A program made the position numbers and the translations under genes. From Lingula anatina (taxonomy: Eukaryota; Animalia; Brachiopoda), in contig CM120640.1 in assembly GCA_051362555.1 (NCBI GenBank), positions 51,872,788 through 51,936,787 on the forward strand: a stretch of 64,000 bases of DNA, given 5' to 3'. This document shows, piece after piece, positions 38,287 to 53,311 of this stretch. A model generated the notes under the pieces. The model was given only the letters and a program-made list of their open reading frames with translations. It was not told the origin of the DNA and did no database searches. The stretch's first letter is position 1, and each line of letters opens with the position of its first letter.

Positions 38287-39739
38287 AACTAGAGGATCAG
38301 AGAGGCGATACCGCCTCCTGATATTGTACCACCAGCTGGGGTAAGCGCATTTGTATGGGAAAGAAAAAGAAAGTGGGGCCCCACCTGTATGGTTGTGGGT
38401 GACAAGCTGCAGGAAATGTAGTAAACAAGGTGTTTTTTTTTTTATTTTCTGTTTTGGCATCTAATGGCTGCTTTTCCCATGAAAATGCACCGATTGACCC
38501 CGAACTTCCACACATTAAAGCAGTCTGCAATTGTAACCCCTCAGTATAATATGAGAGCTAAGGTCTGCTTAGTTTCTGAACATTGGCACAAACAAATATC
38601 TTTTTGCAGAAATTCCCTTTTTTGCGATCTAGGAGGATAATTGGTAATGGTGCCTTTTATCCCACGCCACCCTGCGGAGCCGTACGATATGGGTTGGTAC
38701 TAAAACCACGAATACCCCCAGCTTACACACTGGTGGTACTAACTATGGGCATATCTTTGCCAGTTTTGAAAGTATAAGCACTGAAAAAAGTTGCAAAGTT
38801 CAGTCCATGGTGAAAAGTAGGTCAAAGGTCAATTTCAAGGTCACAGTTAAATTGCCAGTATATGACTTCCTATTCAACTTCAATAGTAACTATTGACCCA
38901 ACTCTTCTAGTTTTGGAGATATAAGAGACTAAAAATTTTCAAACTTCAGTTAATGGTGAAAAGTAGGAATGTACTTTTTGATACAGCATAACTCGTGAAC
39001 CATATGGAAAACAAAAAAACGGAGACCACCCTCAGTGTTGGGCTTGACATGCTCTATCAAATGCAAAAAACAAGAGGTCTCTAGCATTAACGACTCCAGA
39101 ATTAGAGAGAGTTTTATGTTTCAGCATCTAATGGCCGCTGCTCCCATGAAAATGCATCGATTGACTCAAAACTCACAGAGATGAAAGATAACCTGAAGGG
39201 TAACAACTACCAAAAATATTAGAGGTTAGGTCTGCGTAGGTTCTGAATATCAGCACAAATAATTTTTTTTTCGTAAAAAATTCCCTTTTTTTGAAAATTT
39301 TGGCCTGTTTGACCTTGAAATAAAGGTCAAAGGTCAAATCCAAGGGCATATTTGGAATCCTCATATGTGACTTTCGGTCAGACTTCTATATTAATTTTTC
39401 CCATAATTCCTTCAGTTTGGGAGATATATAGCATTGAATTTTCAAAAATTCTGACTAGGGTGCATTTCAACGAGCGTCATGCCCAGGCAATTGCACCGAT
39501 CGAGACAAAAAAACCAGGGGGTTCAAGTTGAGATTATATGTGACCTAAATCCAAGAGATGGGGACACAAGCCCATGCAGTCTAGGAGGAGAAGCGGTAAC
39601 GGTGACTTGTATCCCACGCCACCCTGCGGAGCCGGCGGAGCTCACGGAGCCGGCGGAGCTTACGGAGCCGGCGGAGCCGTACGATACGGGTCGGGACTAA
39701 AACCATGAGTACCGCCAGCGTACACGCTGGTGGTACTAA
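38287..39739 (-). mobile_element. Non-autonomous Helentron/Helitron2-type (HINE) element, two partial copies head-to-tail
   Basis: One end has the stem-loop GAGGCGATACCGCCTC (38302-38317) and subTIR GTACCACCAGC (38326-38336). The other end has the subTIR plus inverted repeat GTACCGCCAGCGTACACGCTGGTGGTAC (ends 39736), with a second such end near 38713-38739. A duplicated internal block occurs at ~38455 and ~39123. A/T-rich flanks, no TSD. Related copy at 60990-61992. Confidence 0.75.
39627..39680. repeat. 18-bp GC-rich tandem repeat (x3) inside the HINE
   Basis: cggagccggcggagctca / cggagccggcggagctta / cggagccggcggagccgt. Confidence 0.9.
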
Positions 39740-39921
39740 TTAATGCCACTTCATCAGTTATTCACTATGACTTAAATTGAAACAATGTTTCTTTATAATA
39801 TCATGGTACCTTATCTATCAGTAAGCACTTACAAATTGGCTTATTTATTCAGACCAAAGTCCTTTTTATTGATTGCCAAAGGCAAAATGACCAGCTTCTT
39901 ATCTAACAAGATGTAGACATA

Positions 39922-40647
39922 AGGGCCATTCACACTAGCAAATAAACCGCGGTCCAGTGAAAGTCTATAGAATCGCAGTCAAATGAACCCACTGTCTTTG
40001 CGTTCACAACTTCATGCTGATGCCAAGAGTGATAGACTTTACCTATCGTACTGCCTGTAAAGCATCCGTACTACTGTTCTAATTAGAAAGAAATATGCAC
40101 AACATGGTGGAAGTTCAATGATTGTTATGCTGTACAAAATATTCACACCCCATTTCCATAGATTAGATCGACCTACTTTAGATTGACCTAACTCCCTGGG
40201 GGTTCACGCTAAATAGCTGTCAGCCGGGTGGACACGAAAGTTAATTACCCCCTTACAGCTTGTAGTAGGCGGGACGGACATTTAAGTCGGATTATCTGAA
40301 AGTAATCTAGTGAGACTCCCCGCGGGGATAGATCGATCTAAAATCTATGGGAATAGAGCCTTAGTCAACTTGTGTCAAGAAACACTTTCATGGGAATAAA
40401 ATGCATTTTTATTTTGGCAAATGTGTGCGGCAAGAAGGAAAAGCAGACTTAAAGTCTGATGAATTGCCCACTTGTACTCTTGTCTGCTTTTTAGAGTTTT
40501 CCATGATAGAACCTTAGTCTAAATCTGTGTTTATTTGGACTGTGGTCGGTGGGGGGTACGTAATTGGTTCACATTAGAAAAAGTTAACCACAATACAACC
40601 GCGATCAGGCTTTAACAGCCGTCGGAATTGTCAGTGTGAATGGCCTT
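39922..40647. mobile_element. Non-autonomous PIF/Harbinger-type element, 726 bp
   Basis: AGGGCCATTCACACT ... AGTGTGAATGGCCTT, with identical 3-bp ATA flanks at 39919-39921 and 40648-40650. Confidence 0.75.
40146..40360. mobile_element. Probable small MITE nested inside the Harbinger-type element
   Basis: Left CACCCCATTTCCATAGATTAGATCGACCTA resembles the reverse complement of the right end, GGCTCTATTCCCATAGATTTTAGATCGATCTA. Flanks are TCA / TTA (1 mismatch). Confidence 0.5.
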
Positions 40648-41616
40648 ATATTTGCCTTAACTCTGATAGATCAGAAACAAAATGAAAGGATTCTTGTACT
40701 TTAAAGAATTAACCATTTTATTATAATTCTAATTAAGAATTTACATTTCAGATAAATAGCGTAAAACTTCATTAGAAAACTGACACCTCTTTCATAACAT
40801 AACCTTAAGAAAAGAGTTACTCACATCTCAATTTCACCAACCCAGGCCCCATTCACCTGGTAGCCACTGATTATGATATAGACTACTAGTTGTAACTCAT
40901 TAATACTGGTGTTATCTTATTGATTAATGACATGCACCACTTCAGTTGGATTCCTTTTTCGAACAAAATTACTCAATCATGTACACTGCCTTAGTTAGTG
41001 GAATTGCTTGGGGAATGGGGAGGCTGATATTGCTGAGAAAAAGGCAAAATATGAGGCTTATCAAAACAATTGCAAGCATCATTTTCAAAAGAGACCTCCT
41101 TCCCCTCTTTTATGCAATATAAATACTTTATGATTACTGAAACTATCCATAAAAATATATGGCCTTGAAGTTAATCCACTACACAGGAATGACAGTTAAT
41201 TTGATAGTAAAAAGTATCTTCCTCCCGAGCATGTTTTTGTTAGGAATTTTTCAAATACAAATACTCCAAATATAGAGACTTGATGCTCCACTGAGAAACA
41301 TTGTTAAAAATCGTATGAGTCTTAATACAAGTGAGGTGCTGTTTCATCATTTTGGTTCAATATGGAGTCTTGCCTTTCAAGCACAGGAGTAGGGGCCAAC
41401 AGATTCTATAAAAATCTGTGGAGAAAGTTCACTGTAAAAACTGCTCTAAGGGAGATATATTTCAATAAAAAATGTACCTTTTTCCACAATGAAAACTATT
41501 TTAAATAGAAACTCTACACATAAAAAAGCAAAAAAATTCTGCCTGTTATTCTTTGTTTGATTTACAACCAAATCTCAATTCAGCATTTCAGGCCTCTTTA
41601 CATTGAATGTTGCATC

Positions 41617-41664
41617 TTAGTGATAGAGCTGTACCAATATTTAGTGATACAGCTGTACCAATAT
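41617..41664. repeat. 24-bp tandem duplication
   Basis: ttagtgatagagctgtaccaatat / ttagtgatacagctgtaccaatat. Confidence 0.85.
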
Positions 41665-42117
41665 GTTTTGAGAGATTGACAACTTCAAAGCCAAAGAGAG
41701 TTGTCTCAACACAACCTCCATCTTTTGCCTGTACACCAGAAAGCAGACTCCTGTATAACTTGTGAATATAAAGAACAATGAGGCTTAATTAAATGGAAGA
41801 ACCTCTCCAAACATATTCAATTACGACTGTGCTGATAAGATATAACATTTGATGTGAAAAGGCATTTAGTGTGATGCTGTACTGATTAAGTGAGCTGTGC
41901 AAACAGAGAACAATCTAGGATCATGATGGCCCATGTCACTGATGAATACTCATCAGAAGCAACAATAATACAAATTTGTAGTTTGTGATCTGTGGGGTTT
42001 GTCCCATGCCAGTTGGTAAGCCATAACCAAAAGACATCATTTCACCAACCCAGAAAAATAGTACGAATATTTAAAAAAATTGGACAAACACTGACCTTCA
42101 CACCTTCCAGTTAATGG

Positions 42118-42256
42118 CAGATCCTAAAGAAGATATGTGCTCTTCACACTTGAGCTTTGAAAGCCTAAACATTGACATTGCTGAACTCAATGAGGTCAGA
42201 TTTCCAGGAAAAGGTTGTGTGACAGAAATAGTGTAGGGTATACTCCCTCTGGTCTT
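42118..42256 (+). mobile_element. Decayed RTE-clade LINE fragment (APE endonuclease N-terminus)
   Basis: From 42165 it translates as LNIDIAELNEVRFPGKGCVTE, followed by frameshifted GYT..WS. This resembles the RTE endonuclease motif (Y/L)NIDIAALSExRF.xEG.L.E..GYT.FWSG. Confidence 0.6.
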
Positions 42257-42351
42257 GGACATTAAAGCAAGAAATATGTCTCTAAAGAGTTGACCTTATC
42301 AGATATGAAAATGGAACCTTCAAAATAACCTGTAAAAAATGCAAGTGCTTA

Positions 42352-42353
<2 letters not shown>

Positions 42354-42397
<44 letters not shown>
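42354..42397. repeat. (TG)n microsatellite
   Basis: Direct reading of the sequence. Confidence 0.95.
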
Positions 42398-42400
<3 letters not shown>

Positions 42401-43358
42401 CATGCATGCATGTGGAGGCTATTTATACTGCAACATCTCTATTTTATGATAATAAACAACAATGCTTCCAAGCTTATTAACCTAACCACTGGTAGCAATG
42501 ACAGATTCATTATAAATTGGTTCTTTCTGGAACAAACTCTCATGGGACTTAGTGAAAATGCACCTACATACTCTGACAGCAAAGCAGGAGAAAAAGGAGA
42601 GCTTTTACTTTGTCATCTGCCATATACTGTCATATATGCCCAAATGCTAAGAATTTAAGTGTAGAGTGCTGAGGAATGAGTGTCAGCATAATTGGAGTTA
42701 AATGCAAATCAAGCTTCACGGGTAAGTTTGTTTAATTGGTTTAATTAAAGAAACTTTCAAAAATTTCACTTGATGAATCTGGCAGGCCACGTAAAGATAG
42801 GAACGTGTCTAGCACCATCCTATTCACTAAAGCATCCCACACATTTTCCTACATGGACACAGAACCTGTAATTCTCATATATTTATCAATTACAACTTTA
42901 CAAACATGCAAAGCCATAACAATGCTCCTCAAGGATTGCTTATGGCTCAGCCTGACACATGCAGAATCTGAGTCACTGAATTTTTCAATATATCACATTG
43001 CCATGTACACCTAGAGATGTTAAGTAACTGTTGGAATATACATTTTATTTGGTTCAAGGTTTTTTTTTCAGTTAAATGCAAGTTCTTTCTCTCCATATGT
43101 GAGTTAAATAATGCACTGCAACCCTACTGTTCTAATTTCAAGAAATTACAACTTAAAAAAATACAGTATCTCTAAAATTCACAATTTTCCCCTAGCAAAA
43201 AGATTGAGTAATTACCACAAATAATGTTTGACATTTTCAACTTATGTGGCATAAAATATGCCATGGGTTCTGATTTATAGATATGGGCAAATTCAGCTAG
43301 CACTGCACAGAGCAAAAACAAATGGTCTAAATTTGAATGTTTTATTTTCAACTCATTA

Positions 43359-43464
43359 ATGGAACAAGGATGGACATGAGGACAGCTTGAGGGTCACGCA
43401 GCAGACAGACAACACTGGTGAGCTCTGGTGAATGCCTTACGTGCCACAATCCCACGAAGAGGAC
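43359..43464 (+). mobile_element. 5'-truncated RTE-clade LINE 3' end
   Basis: Translates as MEQGWT*GQLEGHAADRQHW*ALVNALRAT, then HEED after a frameshift. This resembles the RTE ORF C-terminus G.TW..L...A.DR..WR.LV.ALCA...EED. The stops are explained by TGG>TGA and CGA>TGA. Confidence 0.65.
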
Positions 43465-43919
43465 AATCAGTCTTTAATGGCCACCACTAGCTACCCCAAA
43501 TGGATAGTGAAAAAGCAAAAAGCATACGAGTCAATTGTCACACCATGAAATTGTCAAGATTAATCACTGTGTAAAGATTAAATATTTAGCAAACAACACC
43601 TACAATATGAAAAATTAAGTTCATCCAAATCCTGAATGTGAAACAATTGTGCTTCATCAATATTTATTAGCAAATTAACCTAGTTTTTGTTCCACTCCAA
43701 GTGCCTACATTACTCTTGTTTGACAGAAGTCATAGTTCCACAAAACGTAGGTGTTATCACAGTAAGGAAAGGAAACTGTCACTCTTCATTAATGAGAAAA
43801 GTGAGACATCATTACTCTGAGTGAAATCTCAAAAGAGAGGCAAATTATGAACCATAACATGGCCTGAGCGTGAGTTTACTGAAAGTGGGCCACAAAGGAA
43901 TTTCTGAAATATTAAGCTG

Positions 43920-43966
<47 letters not shown>
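43920..43966. repeat. Poly(A) tract, 47 nt
   Basis: Direct reading of the sequence. Confidence 0.95.
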
Positions 43967-43968
<2 letters not shown>

Positions 43969-44060
43969 CTAGTTAAGATGAAGAGTTTTTTTTTATAAGA
44001 TACAAAAATGTTGAAACATTTTGAAGAGGTAAAAGCTGGACCAAAAACCTAAACTTACAT

Positions 44061-44136
44061 GTGCTCACCTCCTGTGCAAAAGGTTCTGGGTTCAATTCCC
44101 ATTGCTGGGTCATACCAAAGACCACTTCAAAATTGG
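44061..44136 (+). mobile_element. tRNA-derived SINE fragment (Pol III B-box plus MetaSINE-like central motif)
   Basis: B-box GGTTCAATTCC (44089-44099) followed by GGGTCATACCAAAGAC..AAAATTGG, which resembles the MetaSINE central domain as I recall it. The A-box and tail are missing. Confidence 0.5.
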
Positions 44137-47100
44137 GTTGGTGAGGTGAGAACATCTCACGTTTGAGCAGATCCACAAAAAACAGGAGTAAATATATCAA
44201 CAATCACAGGATTTTAATACAACATTTATATTGTATAAGCCCACTTTTATGAGGTGATATATATATCCAATCTTGTGAGAACATGTTTTTACAGATTAAA
44301 AAAATTCTCCATTATCCATTATATGTGTCTGGGTGATTATAAAAACATGGCTTATATGTTTTAATTCAATTACAATTCAATGTAATGCTCAGATGAGAGA
44401 GAGAGTTAATCTTATCAGACAAACATGCTCATATTACACTCTTAAAAATATTTTGAAATGTACACTCCCTAAACACACAAATAGAACACTCAAGCAATGA
44501 ATTATATCTTAGAGCTCTTTAAACAGAACTGCCCTCAAAAAGCTGCTATCAGGACTTAAAATTTACTTCTTTTCACCATTCTAATGAATAAGGGAATCAG
44601 CATTGCTGGCTAGGGTTACAAAACTGTTTTACATATAATAATCCAACTAAAACAGTCGGATTATATCAGATATTATAAACAACTGTTCAATCAGTCATTT
44701 TTAAAAGCAAGCTTGTCATCAAAACAAGAATGGCATTTTAGGCTTATGTCATTGGCGGAAGTGTACATATTGGAAGAAATTTATGAGGTTGTGATTTACA
44801 GCAAAAGCCTGTCCCATTTGAAGGACGTGTTACCATTAATGATATTCAAACTTCCATCATATGCTTCAGTATTATGTAATTAGTTCTGATACCCAATTAA
44901 ATAATTCATCTTCTTTCATGAATCACTGTTCCACTTCAGTCTGTCACTTGCAGTTAGAACAGAGTTGCACAATTTTAACACACTGATAGCAAACTTTTAA
45001 GTCTCATTATTTATTCATTGAATCAATCAGCCTCTATCAAAATGCAAATAAATACCACAACTATGTCCATAACGCTTGACTGATTTTCCACATACCTAAA
45101 ATAATCTAGTGACAGTCAATGACAGATTTGTAGTTAACATCTATACCTGTTTTTTTCTTTTGTATTTCTGGGTAAACTAGAAAATCTTCAACTTGCTAAT
45201 GGTTTTACACCTCCTAAGTGTGCATGTTTTAATATTGCGATAACAAGAAATATTCTGTGAAAGGAAGCAGATACTGACAGGTCGCTTACCTGCATTGACC
45301 CATGTATATCTTACATGTTACAGGTGAGCATTCCAAAAGGACATGCACAAAGGTGCCCTTGTTTGTTACAATTTCAGCACAATCCCATCTTTGAAAACTA
45401 GTTTCCTGAATAAAGCAGTAGAAAATCAATCACTGTCAAATTTTAATCATGTTCCCATATTAAAAAAAAAAAAAAAAAAAATTACTGATGGTAAACATAA
45501 TGCAAGGATTTAATATTTTCAAATGTTTTTCTTTTTATGCATGCACTTCATACACCACATTTCTATACACCACAACAAATTTTTGTATTTAACTTATGGA
45601 TAACTTTAATCAGTTTTTTTCCTTTTTTCACAGCAGGCAGGTAGATTTTCCATCAAGGAAGCTTAAATACACCTGCTCTGAGAAAGGTCACTCTCATCAG
45701 TCAATTGCAAATGGAATGATAAATATAGTAAAAAATTCCCCTTTACAATTTGTTTATAATGTTCTTTTTGAGACTTTGGGATTCCTTTCAACACAAAATT
45801 CTCTAGCCCCAGCAGTATCTAATCTAATCCTGATGCAGAGAACATTTTTTGAGGTTGAAACTGTACATAATGTTTAAGAATCTCACTGGCTGATACTTTC
45901 TTAAGTCATCCTGTCTTCACTGTCAAGTTAAAAAAAAAAAAAAAACTGCAACAAATCTTATTGTACTGAATTGAAATTATTATGATGATTTCAAAAGAAT
46001 CATCCAAGCAAAAAAGGCAACTAGTAACTTATTTTGACAAGAAAATGCCACAAACCAATTATTGTAATTATCTATACAATGTCTGATATGATTATAAATA
46101 ATTTATTTTTGCTCTAAGCACATTTAAACTTGTAAGCCAATGTTCTTTCTCAGTAGCAACAGACCAAAATTTGTTGGAAAAATATTGTTTTCAAATGTAA
46201 AAACTAAGGAATAAAAATAATTGCATCTATAATAACCACTTTTTGGTCATCAATTTCAATTCTAAAAAAATATTTACTATAACAGTTGGGATGTATCTAT
46301 TTTAATTTGTGGTGCCACTGGATTTAATAGTGATGTAACTCTTTTTAACCAAAGTGCATCTAATTTTAATCCTGGTACTTTTCAAAACAACAGCAACTGA
46401 AATTGTGGACTGTTTTTATAGTAACTGTGTTAACATCCTATGTGCATGCCTATGTGCATGACTGTGCTCATACCTGACCATAAATGAAATAGGAAATATT
46501 ACTTATTAATGAGATCCCTAACCTTAATAACATGTTTTATTTTAAAAAATGAGAAGCCGAAGTTCAAATAGATCAAAAGTATTCTTCAACTTTTAGAGAT
46601 AATATGTTTTTACCTGAGCTTAGGAAAACATGGGAGCGGTCAACTAAACAGTCATTTTGGTGCAAAATAGTTGCAATTTTTCTTTTGTCATAAAACAGAA
46701 ACAACTTAGATGTCTTGGATCAGACAAAAGTTAAAATTTTGGTCTTTAAAATAACAACTCTCAGTCTATCATTCTTCTACAAAGCAGGCCCTGTACTGTT
46801 CTGACAGAAATCCTGATTAAACAAGAGTTATGTCACAATTCAAGACAGAAAATATCGCAAATGAAATAAAGGAACCATTATAGAAATATAGACATCCCAA
46901 TGGTACAGTACTGCAATTTAAAGAGTATTGCCTTTAAATAATGAGGAGTCAGGAGCATTTCTTTGCTTTGTCAGTTTTAGCCATCCTTTCTTTTTGTCCT
47001 TGATGTATTTGCACTGACAGGGTAAATAATGTAAAGCCTGCATATCAGTCTCACCTCAATCCTCACGTAAGAGCAGCACAGAGCCATAAAATTTGTATTC

Positions 47101-50100
47101 ACTGATTTGTTGTTCTACATTTCAACACCTATCTTGATAGGTGGAAGATGTATATATACACTTAATATTGAACCTGGTAGAAAAAGTGCCACAAAGCAAG
47201 TTATCTTATTACAAACACTTCAAATGGGAAGTGCTGGCTACCAGGGAGATGCATTAGTAATACAGTGTAAAAATACATTTTATACTTACTTTTATTGTTC
47301 CAAATAATCCAATATCTAAAAAATGAGTTACAATAATTACATATTAAAAGTTTATTATAATAGCAAGCTTTTTATCTCCCTGTCATTTGTAAAAAATATG
47401 TGTACTTCGAACTATATTTTACCACCTACTAACAAAACAAAAAGCATTGATTAGGCCAGCGTAACATTCTGTTTTCTTTGATTAAGGAGCCAATCACATT
47501 TGAAAAGGCATATCAAAAAGCAATTTATCAATCAGTATGTGAACTTAAATATCACATTGCAAGCACAATCCTTTCACTTGAACAAACACTAGGTGACGTT
47601 TTCATTTACTGGACTGAATGGGTACTTCAAAATACCTTGGAAGAGTAAGTAATGAACACATCTCTGTCGACCTGCTTATCATGTGGATTGTGATAAATAT
47701 TGTTTTTTTTTCCTCATTCATATTAGTCAGTAAGTATCATTTTATGTCAGTTCAATGTTTCATTAAGTGACAAGATCCACATGATAGCAATGACTGGCAA
47801 ATTTTGTGCTCTAGTATTAATGCAAAGAACAGTCTTAACTTTAATCTTATTTCTCGTAAAAAAAACAAAATATTTCCATCAATTCATCTTCACTATTTTA
47901 GAAGTTACAAAAGTCATTTATTTCTATTTCCACTAAAACTGTGACTATTCATTTTCTTTATTTTTCATGAATGATGCCAAGCAGTTGAAGCTGACAGAGA
48001 GACCAGCAATGTGTAAAGTGACTGGGGTGCAATTCAACATCTCTGGTCTCAGCCAATGAACTTCACATGGTCTGGAACAGCCGGTGCAAATGTTTGTCTC
48101 CCTGTCAATTTCCAAGAAAAATAGACACTCATTTCTTTACCATTTTCTAGCTTGAAATGAGCAGAAATTGGTAAATTGCCTTAATTTCTGGAGCCCGACT
48201 CCACGAAACCCATTACTGTGCTGTGATGGAAATAAGGCAATCCACCGCCACTTATCTAGATTCATTAGTTTTTATATCCATCATGCAATGTATGCCACTC
48301 TAGGCATGTCAGTTATCACCTTATTCTGAGCTGGCCCCATGATGCACCTTCCTATCATTCACTCATTTAACACCCCACACTTCATATGTCACATTTCTAC
48401 TATAGAGCCTATCAACAATTGATACATCCAAAGAAACCAATCACCACACACTCTCCAAACTGTTAAATGTATCTGTCATTTCCATCATGGTAATCAGTCC
48501 CTTTCTGTGAACAATCAACTGGTTAATGTTTTTTATGAAGCTATTAATCAGAAAGGCAATTAATGAGTAAAAGGCAAAATGACCTACTCTATTAATCTTC
48601 TAACAATGGGACACTGGTTATTACACACTGGACATCATATCCAGATCCACAATGACATTTATTAAATAGAAAAGTTTACTGATTGAGTTTACATCTCAAT
48701 TAGTAGAGGTCATCCACTTAATGCAATCAATCTAGAATATTGAAACTACTCCGATCCCAACGCACAACTGAATGCTCTTTCCAAAACTGGACATTTATCG
48801 AGACAGTTTCTTAAAAACATTAAAGAATTCACTTTTTTTCTGTTGCTTCTAAAGACAGAATGTAAAACTAATGTACTTTAGCACTTAGCCAAGACCCAAG
48901 ACGCCAGGATGTAACACTACGTGCTATTTTATCATAAAGAAGTCATTTGAAATGTTACTGAAAGAACCCACTGAGTTCTTTAAATAAAATTCCCCAGCCA
49001 CCTTCCTTTCTTGTTTTATAAGATCATAAAAAGTTTTTGATTTGAAAGATCCACCGCATTATTGCAGTGCATAGTGTTAAAAGGGCCTAAAAGTAGTTCT
49101 TTTCTTTCCGATCCATCAATGTCAAATGTAAGCTAATGTTTTAGCGTGAAAAAAATTGGAAAAAATCCATGGTTCTTAGGATTTATTAGGTTTAAAGATA
49201 TAGAAGAAAATCTATTTATCCAAATAAATGTCAAGATATCCTTGAAGCAAGAAAACAAACAGAACAATTTGCATTACAAAAATAGAAACTATATCAAGTG
49301 GTACTATCAAGGCTGATAGCAAGGTAAGAAAGGCTATGAAACCACAGAGCATTGACCGAAAAACTTCCATCATAGGAGAACCAAGAAAATAAACACCCCC
49401 TTTTTTTCTCCTAATCAGCAATAATAATAAAATATAATATCAAACATGATCAATGTTCTTCAGCCAACGCAAATTACTTTAGCCTTTTGTAAAACTCTTT
49501 CATGACAGCTTGAGGCAAATCTTCCTGTCCACAGCCACTTAAGCATGGTCACAAGATAGTACAGAGTGGGAAGGCGGCAGGTTGATGACACACTATAGTA
49601 AGGATTACAAATGCTTACATATCATCCTTGCTTAACAGATTATTTTAAGATGTTCATCAATTTTTGGTGATCAAAGACGACCATAGGGACAAAAAGAAAT
49701 GTGCTCACTGGTATCATTTTAATTTCCATTACAGTTATCAGATGTTTAGACTCCAAAGAAAGTATATTTTATTCATGAAATCATCAAACCACACAGAAAC
49801 TGCTGTATTCCCTGGAGAACAAAAACTGTAAAACACATTATTAAAACACACTGCATCATTCAAGCAACATCAATCTATATTACTCACAAACTGGATTCAT
49901 TCAAAATCCCTAGAGAACACCCCAAAAAAGAGCTCTTTGAATTATATACCCTGAACTCACATATGATGAAGCAATGAACAGTACCTGATTGCCCACCTTG
50001 GAATCTTAAAGTACTAATTTGTGTAAAAAATGTTTTGTGAGATAAATTATCTACCGTGCTATTGAATTTCATGACAGTTATATTTTTCCTTAATGTAGAA

Positions 50101-50221
50101 CTAAACGGTATAGGAACACTTTTACACCATGCTGCCCATACATGCATACATACTACATTCTTCGTACTGCCAATTACTGTTAACTTTGAGAATATTTAAT
50201 GATAGTATTTAATGCAGCTTA

Positions 50222-52219
<1,998 letters not shown>

Positions 52220-52555
52220 TATTTAAACTAGTGTGTGATTTTACATGTGAAGAATGAATAAACAATGAAAATGTTTACAAGTGCAGCAAAAACCATCAAG
52301 ACTCCTCCTCATTCACATTTCACTTCTTCCTCAATGGAAAAATACTGTGTGACTCTGCTCAGAAACATGTGTGTTGTAAAGGGAGAAGTACTTCCCTGAT
52401 TACATTCAGCAACAGAAATGACCCAAAACCCTTCCTCCAAGTGACCTTCATCTTTCAGGCAATTCAGAAAGTATAGTAAGTATATAAATCTGTGATTGAG
52501 GTTAAGACTAGGTTAATGGCAGAACATGCCACACTATACAAACACCCACCCTTAC

Positions 52556-52630
52556 CTATGGATATGAACATTTTTAGTCTGTCCCACACGATACACTCGA
52601 TCACATGCCTGAAGTTCCAAAGCCGGGTTC
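52556..52630 (-). CDS. TTF2: TTF2/lodestar exon: (W)[24 protein letters not shown](R), helicase motif VI
   Basis: 75-nt exon, acceptor ttgtgttcAG, donor GTAAGG. Phase-compatible with the previous exon. Matches the TTF2 signature WNPxLExQACDRxYRVGQ. Confidence 0.93.
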
Positions 52631-53034
52631 CTGAACACAAGAAAAAGCACGATTTCGACTTACAATCTTTATAAACATGGCTATCATTTTCCACTTAATT
52701 AAAGAATAAAGTTATTGCAAAAATACCATGGTTGATGCCCAAGAAATATGGTGTTACTTTTTTGTTGATGGAGTACTTTAGGATCAACTGCACAGCACAT
52801 CATGACCTTTGAGGAAGTTGAATAAAAAAGAAACCTTTCCTCACAAAATTAACTTAGCAGAAAGCTAAACATCTTAACAGCATGATAATAAATACAAACT
52901 GTCTTTTCTGGTCTTTACAAACATTCATGACCTTTCAAAAAATCAGGGAATTTTTGTTCAATTTCTCTGACATAATTCATCGAAGACAACTTTGCTGATA
53001 AAGCAGAACCTAATTGAAAACTTTGTTTCCTTAC

Positions 53035-53117
53035 CAGTGTATATCTAAAAGAAATAGATGGTTGCCACCAACAAGGTTCAAACCAACTCCACCTGCTTTG
53101 AGGGAAACAAGCATCAC
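53035..53117 (-). CDS. TTF2: TTF2/lodestar exon: [27 protein letters not shown](W), helicase motif V
   Basis: 83-nt exon, acceptor ttttcttttgcAG, donor GTAAGG. [12 protein letters not shown] is characteristic of the TTF2/lodestar subfamily. Confidence 0.95.
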
Positions 53118-53311
53118 CTGCAAAAGAAAAAGGTTGAAACAAATGATGAAGTGTTGTAGGGAGAGGATTTAAAATTTGAACCATGTGAACATCTTAAAAT
53201 ATTATTCTTTTCAAGTTTTTTCTTTAATTTTTTGTTATTTGGTAACAAATGACTTTTTGGAGGTATCTGACACTTATTTCGTCTAGTGCTGGACAAATGG
53301 GTGAAAACTAA

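Noticed and set aside
39479-39700. ORF with AEPAELTE repeats
   Set aside because: Produced by the 18-bp tandem repeat inside the HINE element.
43973-44050. Minus-strand AG|G-TTT acceptor giving RFLVQLLPLQ..., considered as the TTF2 last exon
   Set aside because: No similarity to the conserved TTF2 C-terminus, and it adjoins a SINE fragment.
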